A stretch of DNA of 63,799 bases, filler included, from Octopus bimaculoides (taxonomy: Eukaryota), in the NCBI RefSeq assembly GCF_001194135.2. It is 12 parts of 12 records of this genome, joined end to end, with 100 filler letters (N's around TTAATTAATTAA, not from the genome) between each part and the next. Parts side by side here need not be neighbours in the genome. Positions count along the whole stretch, not along the records: positions 45,543 to 50,281 come from NC_068999.1; positions 50,382 to 54,022 come from NC_068990.1; positions 54,123 to 56,291 come from NC_069004.1; positions 56,392 to 61,898 come from NC_068983.1; 8 more parts are not named here. One strand, 5' to 3'. The translations under genes and the position numbers were made by a program. The notes under the pieces are model-generated. The model saw only the letters and a program-made list of their open reading frames with translations, was not told the DNA's origin and did not search any database. This document shows, one piece after another, positions 46,121 to 60,121 of the stretch (the first letter of the stretch is position 1; each line of letters starts with the position of its first letter).

Positions 46121-49034
46121 CTCTTGTTTCAGTCATTGGACTGCAACCATTCTGGGTCACTGCCTTGAGGAATTTTAGATGAATGAGTTGGACGTCAGTA
46201 CTTTTTTCTTTTTAAGCCTAGTATTTACTCTATCGGTCCCTTTTGCCTAACTGCTAAGTTACAGAGATGTAAACACACCAACACCGGTTGTCAAGCTGTG
46301 GTAGGGAACAAACAGACACGAATACACACTCACACACACATCTCGCATAGTTATTTAAACCCTTCTTTCCCTCCAATCAACCTTTGATTGAGCTGGAACC
46401 CATGACAAAAGACACTCGAACCATGACCATCCACCCTGTGTCATTCAGATCATAATGTAACCCAGGATTTCAGCATGCTGTTGTTGTTGTTGTTGAAGGT
46501 AGTTTTATGTGTTCTGAGGGGAGATTTTGGTTGCTATTTCTAGCAGATATTATGACCAATATACTTATTGGCAGGCTCATTGATTTGATCTTATGATGTT
46601 TGTGGTAGACACGTCAGCCAGGCACAGCTGGCCTCTCTCTCACTCTCTCTCTCTCTCTCTCTAGTCTATTGATCAAAATTAAGATTTTCAGATGAAGCTG
46701 GTGGAGAGAGAGAGAGAGAGAGTGAGAAATGGATTAACTGGGAATTGAACCTGCTTCAAAAACGTCAACTTCAGACAAGAGCATAGCTACATATTACAGT
46801 GTTAACATATGCCAAAAAATATATATACACCCTCACACACATCTATTCTTAATTATTTACCGTTGTGTATGTATACATATGTGTGATATATATACATATA
46901 TGTGTGTGTATGTATATGAATTTGTATTATATAATGTATGTATTCATGTGTGTGTCTATTGTACATGTGTGTGTCTATGGCAACTGTCTTCATATAACTT
47001 GCCATATGGTACATTAATTGTATTGTTTTTGTTTAACCCCAGGTCACTCTTGATCAAGTAGATCTATATATGATCAAAAGCACTCCAGCTGTAACCTACC
47101 CCACCACCTTGTATTTTTTCCTGTGTTCAAGGAATTCGGGACCACAATTATCACATATCTTTCCTTTTTTTTTCTTTAAGATGTCAACTTATGATTCGAG
47201 CGAAATTTGGCTGCTATTTCTAGCAGATCAATCAGTCAACTACCTTCCTCTTTCCTCATTGAGTCATGTGCCTGTATGTGTGCGTACATGTATGTGTGAC
47301 AGCTACCTTTATGTAAATAACTACACTGTGCAGCTAGTTGTGTGTATGTATGTGTGTGTCTTTGGTTCTGTGTATGTGTGTGTCGCAGTTACCTTTATAT
47401 AAATATCATATGAAGCTAGTTTTGTGTGTGTGTGTGTATGCGTACGTGCGTGAGTCTGTGTGTGTGTGTGTATGTGTGTTGCCAGTCACCTAGACAGTGC
47501 CCTACTTAAGTCTGTTGGCCTTTTGCAAGAACACAGATGTATCTGAACAGCTAATTTTGGCACACATCCGCAATACCAAGTAAGCAAATTATAAAAGACC
47601 TGTCTGGAGTGGAGGTGATGGACCTGTCTAAGAATGTGTGGCAGGTGTTGTGTTGGTTGGGGTTTGTGACATAGTCTTGGTGATTCTCTGTCATGTCCAT
47701 GTTTCTCATGCTTCCATGTGTCGTCTCCCGTGGCCATATGCCCTTCCTGTCACCAACTCACTATCATTTGCTTTCCAAGCAAAGTAATATTGATATTTCT
47801 CCATGGGCCAGGCATTTTTGCAGAATATTGAATGGAAGTGAATGGACACTGCTGGTATAACAGTGACACCCGTTTACAACAATCATGTGATGACAAGACA
47901 AAGAGATACAAACATAGACACCCTTACATACATACGTCATCGTCATCATTTTTTACATCCACGAGTCTTGAGTTTCTACGGCCGGATAATGTCCTTCTTG
48001 GCAGCAACTTTTACCAGTTTCCAAATATAGGTATTATTTCCTCATGACCAGGAACGAAGGACACTGCTTGTATGACTATGGGCTTCATTCAGTTTCCATC
48101 TACCAGATCTACTCACAAGGCGTCGGTTGACCTGGAGCTGTGGCAGAAGACACCGGCCTAAGGTGCCATGCTGTGGGACAGAACCTAAAACCATGTGGTT
48201 GGGAAACAAACTTCTTAACCACACAGCCACACTTGCATGATCATAATTAAATTAAGACTGACCGTCTGACGCATTAATTTACTCATGTAGTGTGGTTTTC
48301 CTGTGATGTGGGTGCAGTAAAATCCAAGCTTTAGCATGTCAATGAAGATTTTTCTAGCTTTAGTCATCCGTATTTTGCTGCATTGTCAAATAAATAAATA
48401 AATAAATAAATGATAGAAAGAAATAAGGATTATCTCTGATCAAAAATGGTAATGAGCTTATTGCATATGGTGCTCAAGGGTACGATAGGATAACTTGTCA
48501 GAAAAAAGTTAGAGAGACAGAGATAAAAAGCAGCAAATAAATTAGAGAAAGACAGCAATGAAACTCAAAAAAATCATGTAGATTATGCAAAATAAAATAC
48601 AAAATGGCCAAAATGTGGTCAGTAAAAGAGCCATGAAGAGGAAAGGGTGTAGAAGTGTGTCGAAAGTTGGTGAATTTTGAGAATTGTGGAGTTTTTGAGG
48701 AATACAGTGTAGTTTATTCCGTGTGTTGATAATTCTGAACTTGTCGATCAGTCGTATTCTAACTTTGAGCATCACACTTTTTCCAGTTTCAGACATATGT
48801 GTATCTGTCCTTTTAAGATTATATATGTGGGATTTTAGATTTGGCTGTTTTTAGTGAACTTGGCAGTTTGTGTTTTTCAATGGCTATTTCCTCATGTGCC
48901 TGTGTGTGCGTGCGTACATATGTACATGTACGTGTGACAGCTACCTTTAGATAAATAACTACACTGTGCAGCTAGTTGTGTGTATGTTTTGCGTATTGAG
49001 AAAACAAAAATGAAAATAAATCTTAAAACATTTG

Positions 49035-49425
49035 TTACGCAGGTGTGGTTGCTTCACAAACACATGGCCCCAGGTTCAGTCCCACTGCATGGCACCTTGG
49101 GCAAGTGTCTTCTGCTATAGTCCTGTGCTCACCAAAGCCTTGTGAGTGGATTTGGTGGACAAAAAACCCAAACGAATTCTCTTACGCATATATCTGTGTG
49201 TGTGTGTGTGATTTTGTGTTTGTCCTGCATCTCTTGGCAACTGGTCCTTCCTTGTATATATCCCTGTGCCCTTGTGGCTCGACAAAAAGAGACTGATAAA
49301 ATATGTACCAATTTATAAAAAAAAAAAAAAAAATGAACTAGAGTTGATTTGACTAAAAACCTTCAAGGTAGTGCTCCAGCATGGTCGCTGTCAAATGACT
49401 GAAACAAGTAAAAGATAAAAAAAAC
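49035..49425 (+). mobile_element. SINE family A, diverged
   Basis: Head, body and tail recognisable. Confidence 0.8.
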
Positions 49426-49535
49426 TATGCCCTACTCCAAATGATAACAGTAACTAAAAATATAAAAAAGTATCTATAAAAACCCCCAAAACCCAAAATG
49501 GTAAAGCATAAGCTACACGAATATAGCATAACTAC

Positions 49536-49812
49536 CTGCCTATCTTCACTAGTGTTGTAACAATGGTGGCTTAAAATATGGGAGGTTTTACTGCCGCATG
49601 GTGTAGAATAATTAGTGGTATTTGTTGCATGTGACTTTGTTCTGCAGATGTTGTTGTATTGCGGCGCCGTGTGTCTGTGATATTGGCTTGGCTCTTGAAT
49701 GAGACGAGATAAATTCCATTTGATGGCACTTTTGAAGTAAATTCCGTGTACCAACACTCTGGTCTGCATTTCAGGGGACATTTATCTGTGGTGCCATGAC
49801 AGAGAGAACTAT
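49536..49812 (-). other. Candidate exon of an unidentified minus-strand transcript
   Basis: Acceptor ttttgtttcacaatcag|, donor CAG|gtagtt, unique GC-balanced sequence, two open frames; no family recognised. Confidence 0.25.
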
Positions 49813-50244
49813 CTGATTGTGAAACAAAAATTCTTCAAAACCTGATCATAAATATACATATGTATGTGTGTGTGTGTGTACATTGTATGTACGTATATTA
49901 ATCTATATATGATTATGTTTATATGTGTTTGTGTATGCATATATTATGCATACAGTGCAATTACATATGTATTGTATGCATAATGCACACACACACACAC
50001 ACACACACACACTCTATAGCATCAGGAAATTTATCTCTGCCCATACTTCGCACAGTCTTCCTTGCTCAGGAATAAAAATGAAATAGAAAACAAAACAAAA
50101 ATAAAAAAACCATTAGGAAAACAACCCTACCCTATCGCCACCCTTAATGGAAGTTGTCCTTATCTTTCTCCTCCTCACACGCACACACACACACACACAC
50201 ACAAATATACACACATACATATATAAATATATATATATATATAT

Positions 50245-50281
<37 letters not shown>

Positions 50282-50381
50282 NNNNNNNNNNNNNNNNNNN
50301 NNNNNNNNNNNNNNNNNNNNNNNNNTTAATTAATTAANNNNNNNNNNNNNNNNNNNNNNNNNNNNNNNNNNNNNNNNNNNN

Positions 50382-50416
<35 letters not shown>

Positions 50417-51338
50417 ATGTATATATACCATCATCATCAATACCACGAACAATGCCATCTCAAGTCCTAGGACTTATAGGGGTACTTATCCAGTTTCCCC
50501 GGCGTATAAATGTCCGAAATCATAACATTCCTCCCGAAAAGGACGCCAATCTACCAAAGGATTATTCATTCACAGTTGGAGAAATGTGAAATGAATTGTT
50601 TTCGTTAAGACCATAATGCACCGTCCGGTTCGGCAATCCAAACCATTATTGTGAGTGCAACACCGCTAACCGTTATGCCACCCATCTTCATTTATATGTG
50701 TTTTCGTGTGTGCCTGTGTTGCGTTTGTCCTCTCCGTCACCGCTTGACAACTGGTACTCAATGTTTTACTTCGGTCATCCACGGTTTGCTTCAGGCCATT
50801 AATTTTGTTACAGATATTGCGTTTCTATTTTGCCATGGCTGCTGCAAAGATTCCAATATTCAGTAAAAATTCATCAAATTATTAATTTAAATCTTGGAGA
50901 GTACATTTTAGCCTTTCGGTTATCTCCCCTTGCTTAAATAAGAACAGGTTATGAATTTGAACCGATAAACTAAGTACCACTTATATATACGAGAGATGCA
51001 TTTAAGTCGCTAAGTGCTAATACCGTTTTGAGATTTTGAGAAGTATCAATAATTTATTAAGACCGAAAAATATCTATCAATTGTGCATTGGGTAATTGAG
51101 TCAAGTATGGATGTTCTGATAAAAGGAGATTCCAGTTAGATATATAGTAAAAATGCCATTCGTGCATTGGAGTTCCGGTAAGATATGTACAAATCATTTT
51201 ATTGAGGTTCGATTAAATAAATACCAGTTATTGGCAATCTTTCGTTATTCGTACATGATGTCATTTTAAAATCGTTCGGCAATTTACGGAAAAAATATAT
51301 ATATTTCTTGAATTTTTTTTGTATGTGCTGGTAAATAT

Positions 51339-51511
51339 GACGTTGGTCTTTGATCTGCACGAGAGCTGAAGTCAAGCGATTCGTAAAACCACCGAAAAAG
51401 GATATATGTATGTGTATTTACGTGTGTGCATGTGTGTGGGGGGAAGCGCGCGTGCGTTTGTGAGTGTGTGCTTGACTGTTCAGCTCTCTCGTGCAGATCA
51501 GACGCAATGTC
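51339..51511. repeat. Inverted repeat (~40-bp arms) around a TG-rich spacer
   Basis: tgatctgcacgagagctgaagtcaagc vs gcttgactgttcagctctctcgtgcagatca. Confidence 0.75.
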
Positions 51512-52754
51512 AGTTTAACCAGTACATTAAAATAATTAAAGGAATAAGGACTAATTGTTTTTTTCGTAAATTGTCGAACGATTTTCAAATGACGTCATGA
51601 AAGAATACCGAAAGATTTCCCTGTAATTAATTGAAAGGATCGATAATATACCTAATACGAACAGAGTTTGGTAAATTAAGTACCAGAGAGCGTGCTCATG
51701 ATCATATATTTTTTTCAAGTTTAGGAGGAAGTTCTCTTGATTCCGTGGGCCAGAAACTTAACAACAGAATGAACCCCGTTGAGGGGTACCCAAGGATGAG
51801 GTTTTGATGTAAAACTGGCTGACGGATTAAGTCTACCGTAGATTATCTTGTCCGATGCTTTACAAATTCAACCACTTTACTGCACCAGGAAAAGATGATT
51901 ATTTTATCGACCCGGAATGACGAAGAGCGAAGCTAACCTCGACAAGAATCGAATTGAAAGCAGTCACCCAGAAAAAAATAACACAACGTCTTCAGTCTCT
52001 AACAATTTTGTCTATTCGCTCCTTGAAGTTATACAATTGGTCATTAAACTAAAAAAAAAAAAGTTATGTCCCCTTTCGTTGTAGAGCTATCTTTATCTCG
52101 GTAGTGTGTTGTTTAGCCACAGATAATCTCCAACCAGTGGCTCTATAATAAAGCCGTTCTAATCGAGACAATCCCGTGCTGTTTTTCAGACACAGTGTAA
52201 CTGAGACCACATTTTCTAGTATGTCCTTTCTTTTAAAGACATTGATGCAAGCTTGACTGCTATTTCTAGCAAGTAGAGGTTTCATTTACTGGCTTATCAA
52301 ATTTATCCTTACGCTGTCGGTGAGATTTTATAAGATAAACAAGTACCATTAACATACGGCGGTCCGGTCAATCAACAATCATCTCTCTTTCTCTTCTGCA
52401 TGAACCAACTAAGGAGCCTTTGTGTTGTCCCTTGTTTTGCTAGATATAGTAGCGATATCTCCCACAAACAACACCCTAAGGCAAGATCCATTAAATATAT
52501 GCAGCCTTAAGTACGGCATGTCTTAAAACAGGGCTTGACGAGTACGGCTGGAAGCTTTACGATTATAATTCTTTTCCACCAAGACTGATTTGGGATTAAA
52601 CAACATCTATAAATATATCGAACTTAATTTGCTAGAAATAACTGTCAAATGTTTCTCAGATCAGAGCACACTGCTTTAAATCAGTGTTCTTTAACCACTT
52701 CTTTTTTTACCTATAATATCCTTTGATTCTTATATGTACCCTCCTAGCCGTTCA

Positions 52755-52918
52755 GTCTTTTATCTTTTACTTGTTTCAGTCATTAGACTGCAGCCATGCT
52801 GGGCACTACCTTGCAGAATTTTTAGTCAAATGAATCAACCTCAGTACTCTTGCCGAACCACTAAATTACGGGTATGTCCAGCGGTAGTGGGGGAACAGAC
52901 ACAAATACAAACACACGC

Positions 52919-53001
<83 letters not shown>

Positions 53002-53540
53002 CACACATGCACACATAGACGCAAGCGTGGCAGTGTGATAAGAAGCTTACCTCCCAACCCCATGGCTCCAGGTTCAGTCCCATTGCGTGGCATCTTGGGC
53101 AAGTGTCTTCTACTATAATCTCGGACCGACCAAAGTCTTGTGAGTGGATTTGGTAGACGGTAACTGAAAGAAGCCCGTTATATTTATGTGTGTATGTGTG
53201 TGTGTGTGTATGTATATGTTTGTTTGTTTGTTTGTCCCCCCACGATCGCTTGACAACCGATGCTGGTGTGTTTACATCCCTGTAACTTAGCGGTTTCGGA
53301 AAAGAAACCAGTAAAATAAGTTGTAGGCTTACAAAGGATAAGTCCTGGAGTTGATGTGTCGACTAAAAAGGCGGTGCTCCAGCATGGCCGCAGTTACATG
53401 ACTGAAATAAGTAAAAGAATAAAAGCATGAAAGTATACGTTTCTTTCAGTTTCGGCCCGGAGCTATCTTAGAAACCACTTGCCTAAGGTGCTACGCAGTG
53501 GAACTGAACCCGGAACCATGTAGCTGGGAAACAAGCTTAA
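52755..53540. mobile_element. Cluster of SINE A copies (52755-52920 -, 53018-53428 +, 53440-53540 -)
   Basis: Consensus matches in both orientations. Confidence 0.8.
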
Positions 53541-54974
53541 GAAAAATCATATTAAATATTTTTATAACGAAGTATTTATAGAAATTGTATTTTAAAAAAT
53601 TGTTAAAAAGAAGTAGAAGCAATATGTTGCAGATAAATTTTAACAACAAAATCTCACATGGATCCCCAAGGGCCATAAAGGGCCCTTATGGAAAACCACT
53701 GATTCAAATAAACGAAAAAGCACATTCGATAATATAATCATACATAAGGGACGGTCACGGTGGGAATTACATAAGGTCAAATATCACCTTGATCAAGGTT
53801 GACCCACGGCTAAATAACAAACAATATAGCCGTATATGACATTATACTGCCGTATTTGTCACTAAGTTGTGGTCAGCTTGACCCTTCCGTGACATTCACT
53901 TCACAAATCCACTCAAGACCATGTTTTTTATTCGTTTTCTTTTTTTTTTTAAATAGCCATATCTCCTTCCTATGCTGCAATATTTCTCTCTCTCTCTCCC
54001 TCTCTCTCTCACTCTCTCCCCCNNNNNNNNNNNNNNNNNNNNNNNNNNNNNNNNNNNNNNNNNNNNTTAATTAATTAANNNNNNNNNNNNNNNNNNNNNN
54101 NNNNNNNNNNNNNNNNNNNNNNTATATACACGACGGGTTCCTTTCAGTTTCCATCTACCAAAATCCACTCACAAGGCTTTTATCAGCCCAAATCCAGTCA
54201 CATGGCTATATTGGTAGCGATTACGGAATTTACTGGAAAATTATATATATGTATATATATATATATATATATATACACACCTATAGTTATCCTTCTCCTC
54301 CTTCTCTCCGCAACAACAACAACAACAACAACAACAACAGCAACTGCAGCAACACAATGACAATAACAAACACAATGGTAACGGCAAGAATAAAGACTAT
54401 ACCATCAGTAACAGCAACAACAACAATAACAACAACAATAGCAGAAATAATAAAAGAGATGACAACAACAGCAGCAGCAGCAGTAGCAGCAGCAGCAACA
54501 ACAGCAACAACAATTACAACTAAGTACTAGGGTGACAATAACGGTTAATCCCTCTTTTCTTCTAACTCGTTTTCTTTCCGTCTTTGGACTCCATTTCAAT
54601 GGAGTCCTCCGTCGCTATTGCTGTCCAGATGTTTTAAAACAAAATGGACACTCTGGTTATATAAAAGATAAAACAGAGACTTAGTTATAACGCCATAAAT
54701 ATGTCGTCTGCTTCCATTTATCCCGCTCGCCACCATATTGTGTCGCTGAGACAGTTTGGTATCATTTGATGCAAATGAGTGGTTGAGTCGCTAAATGGAA
54801 TAAATGTCGGCCGTATTGCTGTATAATCTGGTGACGTAAGGTGTGAGGCATGATGGGGGTTGAGTGAGAATATCACTTTGATATATTTCGGTTTTCGGCC
54901 GCGGTCGTAAAGGTTGCATGTAATGACCTGTAATGGTTCATGCAAGGACCTATTGTTAATATGAATACGGCGAA

Positions 54975-54986
54975 GGAGAGAGGGAG

Positions 54987-55040
<54 letters not shown>

Positions 55041-55105
55041 AGAGAAGAGCGGGAGACAGAAAGAGCAAGAGAAGGAAAGAATGTGAGAAAGAGATGAAAA
55101 GGTAG

Positions 55106-55152
<47 letters not shown>

Positions 55153-55660
55153 CAGAGAGTGGGAAAGAGAAGGAAAGAGAGAAAGAGATGAAAAGGTAGA
55201 GGGAAAAAGAGAAAAAGAGAGAGAGGGAGAGACAGACGGGAAGAGAAAGAAGGAACAAGGAGAAAAAAGAGAGAGGCAGAGGAGAGAAAGAGAGAGAGAG
55301 AGGGAAGAACAAAGAGGAAGAGAGAGAGAGAACTAGAAAGAGAGAAAGAGAAAGAGAGATGGAGGAAAAAAGCGAGAGAGAGATGGGAAGAGGGAGAGGG
55401 AACAAGGAAAAAAAGAGAGGGGCAGGGAGAGAGAAAAAGAGAGAGTGATGAAGTGAGAGAAACGGTGAGAGGGAAACAAAGAGAATGAAAGAGAGGGAAA
55501 GACAGAGAGAGAGATAGAGAGACAGAGACAGAGAAATAGAGAAAGGGAAAAACAGAGACAAAGAGAGGAAGACAGAGAGAGAGATAGAGAGACAGAGACA
55601 GAGAAATAGAGAAAGGGAGAAACAGAGACAAAGAGAGGAAGACAGAGAGAGGGAAAGAAG
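54975..55660. repeat. GA-rich purine tract with an internal direct duplication
   Basis: Direct reading. Confidence 0.9.
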
Positions 55661-55967
55661 TAAGGTGTCTTCTCTTATATTTGGTTTTAGACACCAGAGT
55701 ACGGCCATACTGGAGTGCTGCTACCAATGGGTTTAGTTGGTCGACGTCTGTCTTGTCGAAGCGTTAAGTTATGTAACATAAAATAACACTTTTATATATA
55801 CGCGTGTATATGTATACATACATGTACGTATATAGTGTATACGTATATATACACCTACTTATATTTGCATTTATTTATGAATATACACTTACATTAAAAC
55901 CTGTGTGTATATATATATTTCGAGTAAACATCGGTACATTGTTGCACCATTTTATATTTATATATAT

Positions 55968-56060
55968 ACTAGCAGAAATACCCGGCGTTGCCCGGGTTAA
56001 AGAGAATAATGAAATCTAAAAACGTCGTCTAGATTACGCATCATCTTTATATATAGAGAT
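55968..56060 (+). mobile_element. 93-bp internally deleted HINE
   Basis: 5' end nearly identical to 19314-19385, joined to a catctttatatatagagat 3' end. Confidence 0.7.
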
Positions 56061-59000
56061 GTATATACACACACGCACCCAAACACACGTATATATATAT
56101 ATACCAATATAAATATATGAAAGTCAATGAAGTTTCGTAAAAGAAGGTGATCATGTACATACTTTCTTGCTGTTGTGATTATAACACCTCATTGTAAACT
56201 ATGTTCCTTGTTTTCCCTTGTGGAGCATATACAAATAGGTTTTTTGTTGCTGCCCACTCTTGAGCAGCCAACATACAGTTGTCCATGTGAGNNNNNNNNN
56301 NNNNNNNNNNNNNNNNNNNNNNNNNNNNNNNNNNNTTAATTAATTAANNNNNNNNNNNNNNNNNNNNNNNNNNNNNNNNNNNNNNNNNNNNATATATATA
56401 TATATACATATATGTGTAAAAACAAATCTCATCACGCAATCGAACCTATGAAAGACCCTCTACCTAGTCGCTCGACACGCTATTTCGAACCTCCAAAAGG
56501 GCTTTATAGCATATTAGAAGGTCACAGGAATTCATTCAACGAAAAGAAGAGAAATTTCCAATTATTCTGGGATGTAGTGGGGGCTGTCCCTCCACTCCAC
56601 CCTTTTTTGCGAACCAAAATAAGCGATTTGCAGCATATTAGGTAGTCAGGGTACTTGATTCCACGCAAGAAATCGAAGTTTTTTTTCTTAGTGAAAATCG
56701 TGCGGCTGTTAATATAGAAATTTACCATAATTTTGTTGTTATTTAGCTTCAAATCAACCCCAATACAGCAAACGTATCATCAAAGACATTCCAGCCTTCA
56801 GCAAACAGTCTTTTTATGGATAATCTAGGAAATCACGTACAATGATCGTGTGATTTAGGTAGGGGGATACGTTGACTGCTATTTTTAGCGTGTCGTGCGA
56901 CCAGGTAGAGACTCTTTCATTACTTCAGTTGCGTTGTGAGATATGTTTACATATATATGTATATATATATCATTGGCACGTATCAAACACGAATTCGGCT
57001 ATTGTCACAGTAACTTCTGCCTTTTATTGATGTGTGTGGATATATATATATATANNNNNNNNNNNNNNNNNNNNNNNNNNNNNNNNNNNNNNNNNNNNNN
57101 NNNNNNNNNNNNNNNNNNNNNNNNNNNNNNNNNNNNNNNNNNNNNNNNNNNNNNNNNNNNNNNNNNNNNNNNNNNNNNNNNNNNNNNNNNNNNNNNNNNN
57201 NNNNNNNNNNNNNNNNNNNNNNNNNNNNNNNNNNNNNNNNNNNNNNNNNNNNNNNNNNNNNNNNNNNNNNNNNNNNNNNNNNNNNNNNNNNNNNNNNNNN
57301 NNNNNNNNNNNNNNNNNNNNNNNNNNNNNNNNNNNNNNNNNNNNNNNNNNNNNNNNNNNNNNNNNNNNNNNNNNNNNNNNNNNNNNNNNNNNNNNNNNNN
57401 NNNNNNNNNNNNNNNNNNNNNNNNNNNNNNNNNNNNNNNNNNNNNNNNNNNNNNNNNNNNNNNNNNNNNNNNNNNNNNNNNNNNNNNNNNNNNNNNNNNN
57501 NNNNNNNNNNNNNNNNNNNNNNNNNNNNNNNNNNNNNNNNNNNNNNNNNNNNNNNNNNNNNNNNNNNNNNNNNNNNNNNNNNNNNNNNNNNNNNNNNNNN
57601 NNNNNNNNNNNNNNNNNNNNNNNNNNNNNNNNNNNNNNNNNNNNNNNNNNNNNNNNNNNNNNNNNNNNNNNNNNNNNNNNNNNNNNNNNNNNNNNNNNNN
57701 NNNNNNNNNNNNNNNNATATATATATATATATATATAAATATATCGGCCGAAACTGCTGAGAAAATCTGGAATTGAACTGAGGATAGAAAACTCAGAATG
57801 ACCCGTCCTTGTTTTTCCATGTCTTTTTTGTATCGTCTAACTGTCCAGATGTTTTGTTGTCGCCTGTTACGTTCTTCTTCCATTTGTTGTTTTCTATCTT
57901 ATGTATACATATCTAAATTCTGTACGACTCTCTTACTCTTTCTTTCAGCCCCTTCACACTTACTTCGTTCTTTCTACTTTTTCTTTTTCTCACTCCCCTC
58001 TCTCACATTTTTTGGCCTTCCCTCCATTCTCACCTTCCCTTCTCTTTTACCTCACTCTGTCCCTTTTCTTTTTTCTTTCTTTCTCGTCCGTCCCTAATTC
58101 TTCTGTCCCTCTGCTCCTACCTCTCTCTCCTCTGCTTTCACGTGACCGGTGTTCTGCCAAGCCTGACATTTCTTTTTAGGTTCGACTACCATCCGTGTAA
58201 CATATGTATTCCTTCTCATGACTTTCATCTCTTATGTCCCTGCCGTAAAGCCTCGCTTCCACACGCACCAGCTCAATTTAATTCGTCCTTAGTCTAAAGA
58301 TACCTGTTGTTAATGTCCTGTTGTTTGTATTTCTAATTCTGCACCATTTCTCCGGTTTTTAAAAAATATTTCGTTGTTGTTTTCGTATACATTCACTTAC
58401 TTTCTTCCAAGGAATCTAGTGCTCTTAGCTTAGATTTTCTTCTATATTTTCGATATATTATACTTATCCTCATGTAATGAGGACAATCCTTAGTTTGATT
58501 TAATATATACGATGTACTCCTATTCAGATGATAAATGAATTCATTTATACATTCATTGCGGAATGGTTTTATCATGACAACCATAACAATATGCTTCGGA
58601 AAGGTCTTATGAACATTCTCTTATATATAAAGGTACCCCATTATTAGGTTTTAAGTTTAATTTCTATGCTTCTCCTACATATTGATCTATAATTCTTGTC
58701 TAAATTTAATATGATAAATTTGGTAAATTATGAATTATAACATCACATATCCCTCATTTCTAATTCACGCCCTTAGAGCTTATTTTTACTTCTTTTGTTT
58801 TTCACTATATTCCCTTTTTATTTGATCATCTAAATAAGGACAGGCCACCCCCCCATCCTTCCTTCTTCTTGTTATCACCTCTTCCTCATCAGTCATTTTC
58901 TCACTAGCAGCTCTAAGACATATCCTTTTATGTAGATGAAGCTTGATATATGGTCCCAGTAAAATAACAGTCTGAGAGGTTGTCTGGTATTAATTAAGTT

Positions 59001-60121
59001 ATCATTATCAACTGGAACATAGCTGACAACTCCCTATGGATTTAATTTTAAATGCTTGTAGACTATATGCTGCATAAAATCCTATAAATAAAATTTTTCT
59101 TTAATAACTATCTCACCACTCCTATATCTTGACCCCCACTATTTTCCTCTGCTACTCTCTAAATTTTAGTAGGCATAAATAGATATTCATTATTCTCTGA
59201 ATTCATTCGGCCACAAATATAAGAAGGAAACAACGTAATTATTTTGTTTTCTAGTATTGAAATAAATTTGGTACAAATGTTAAAATGGTTTACCCTTCAT
59301 TTTGGAAATCTGTATGGTCATCTGCCATTAAAGTCAGCGGTTTCTTTCAAACTGATGTAATGTTTTCATTGATCAATTAAATGGATCCACTTGAAACGAC
59401 CGTAATGCATTGATATCTAAACATCCTTGTAACTTATTTGCATATATATATACACATATATGTATGTACCCACAAGTATATGTATGTGCATGTAAATATA
59501 TATATGCATATGTGTGTGTGTGTGTATACATATACATAGGTCTCTCAAGGAGGGTATATTTGCAAACAATGTAAAACAAAAAAAAATACACCAATGCTTC
59601 ACTTCAACAATAAATCTTATGGTAAATTATGCGCATAGTTTTCAGACATGTTAAATCTCTTTCAAAGTTACTTTTCGGAAAAGGATATAATTAAGAAATG
59701 TCAGTATGTGTTTCCGATCGTATTCATTTTATTAACTTATTGTATGAGTCAAAATTAATTGTATGTTGTTAACACTACATCCATCATATTATTTCCAACC
59801 ATCAATATTCATATTCAACTTCATTCTGTTACACTGAAACCTTCGTAAATTTTAGGTCTTTAGAGTAATCATCTTAAAACAACGTATTTTGTCTGTAATT
59901 ATATACAGTTGCCATCACAAAATTTAAATACAAATAAGTGAATGCATAAATATCAATAATTTTATTGGGGTTTACGTTCAATTGCCGTTTATAAGCATAG
60001 CAACGAAATATTCAGAATTCTATTCCTTATTGGTATTATACCCTTTCTGCAGCCACTTTATTATCTCCATTATTTAGATAATTGCAAATATTAAGAAATT
60101 AAGATGACAAAGCAATAAATA

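Noticed and set aside
47494-47579. Plus-strand exon TVPYLSLLAFCKNTDVSEQLILAHIRNT ending AA|gtaagc
   Set aside because: Poor acceptor, no partner exon, no recognisable family.
54586-54607. 10-bp-arm hairpin ggactccatt/aatggagtcc
   Set aside because: Too short to exceed chance in 64 kb; no context.
54873-55727. 284-aa and 250-aa Leu/Ser/Phe-rich ORFs (also 43086-43673)
   Set aside because: GA/CT purine-pyrimidine tracts lack stops by composition; no domain.
56412-56645. 77-aa ORF in unique sequence
   Set aside because: No motif or splice support; length within chance expectation.
58330-59230. Possible highly decayed retroelement ORF on minus strand
   Set aside because: Only faint RT-like words with many stops; cannot assign.
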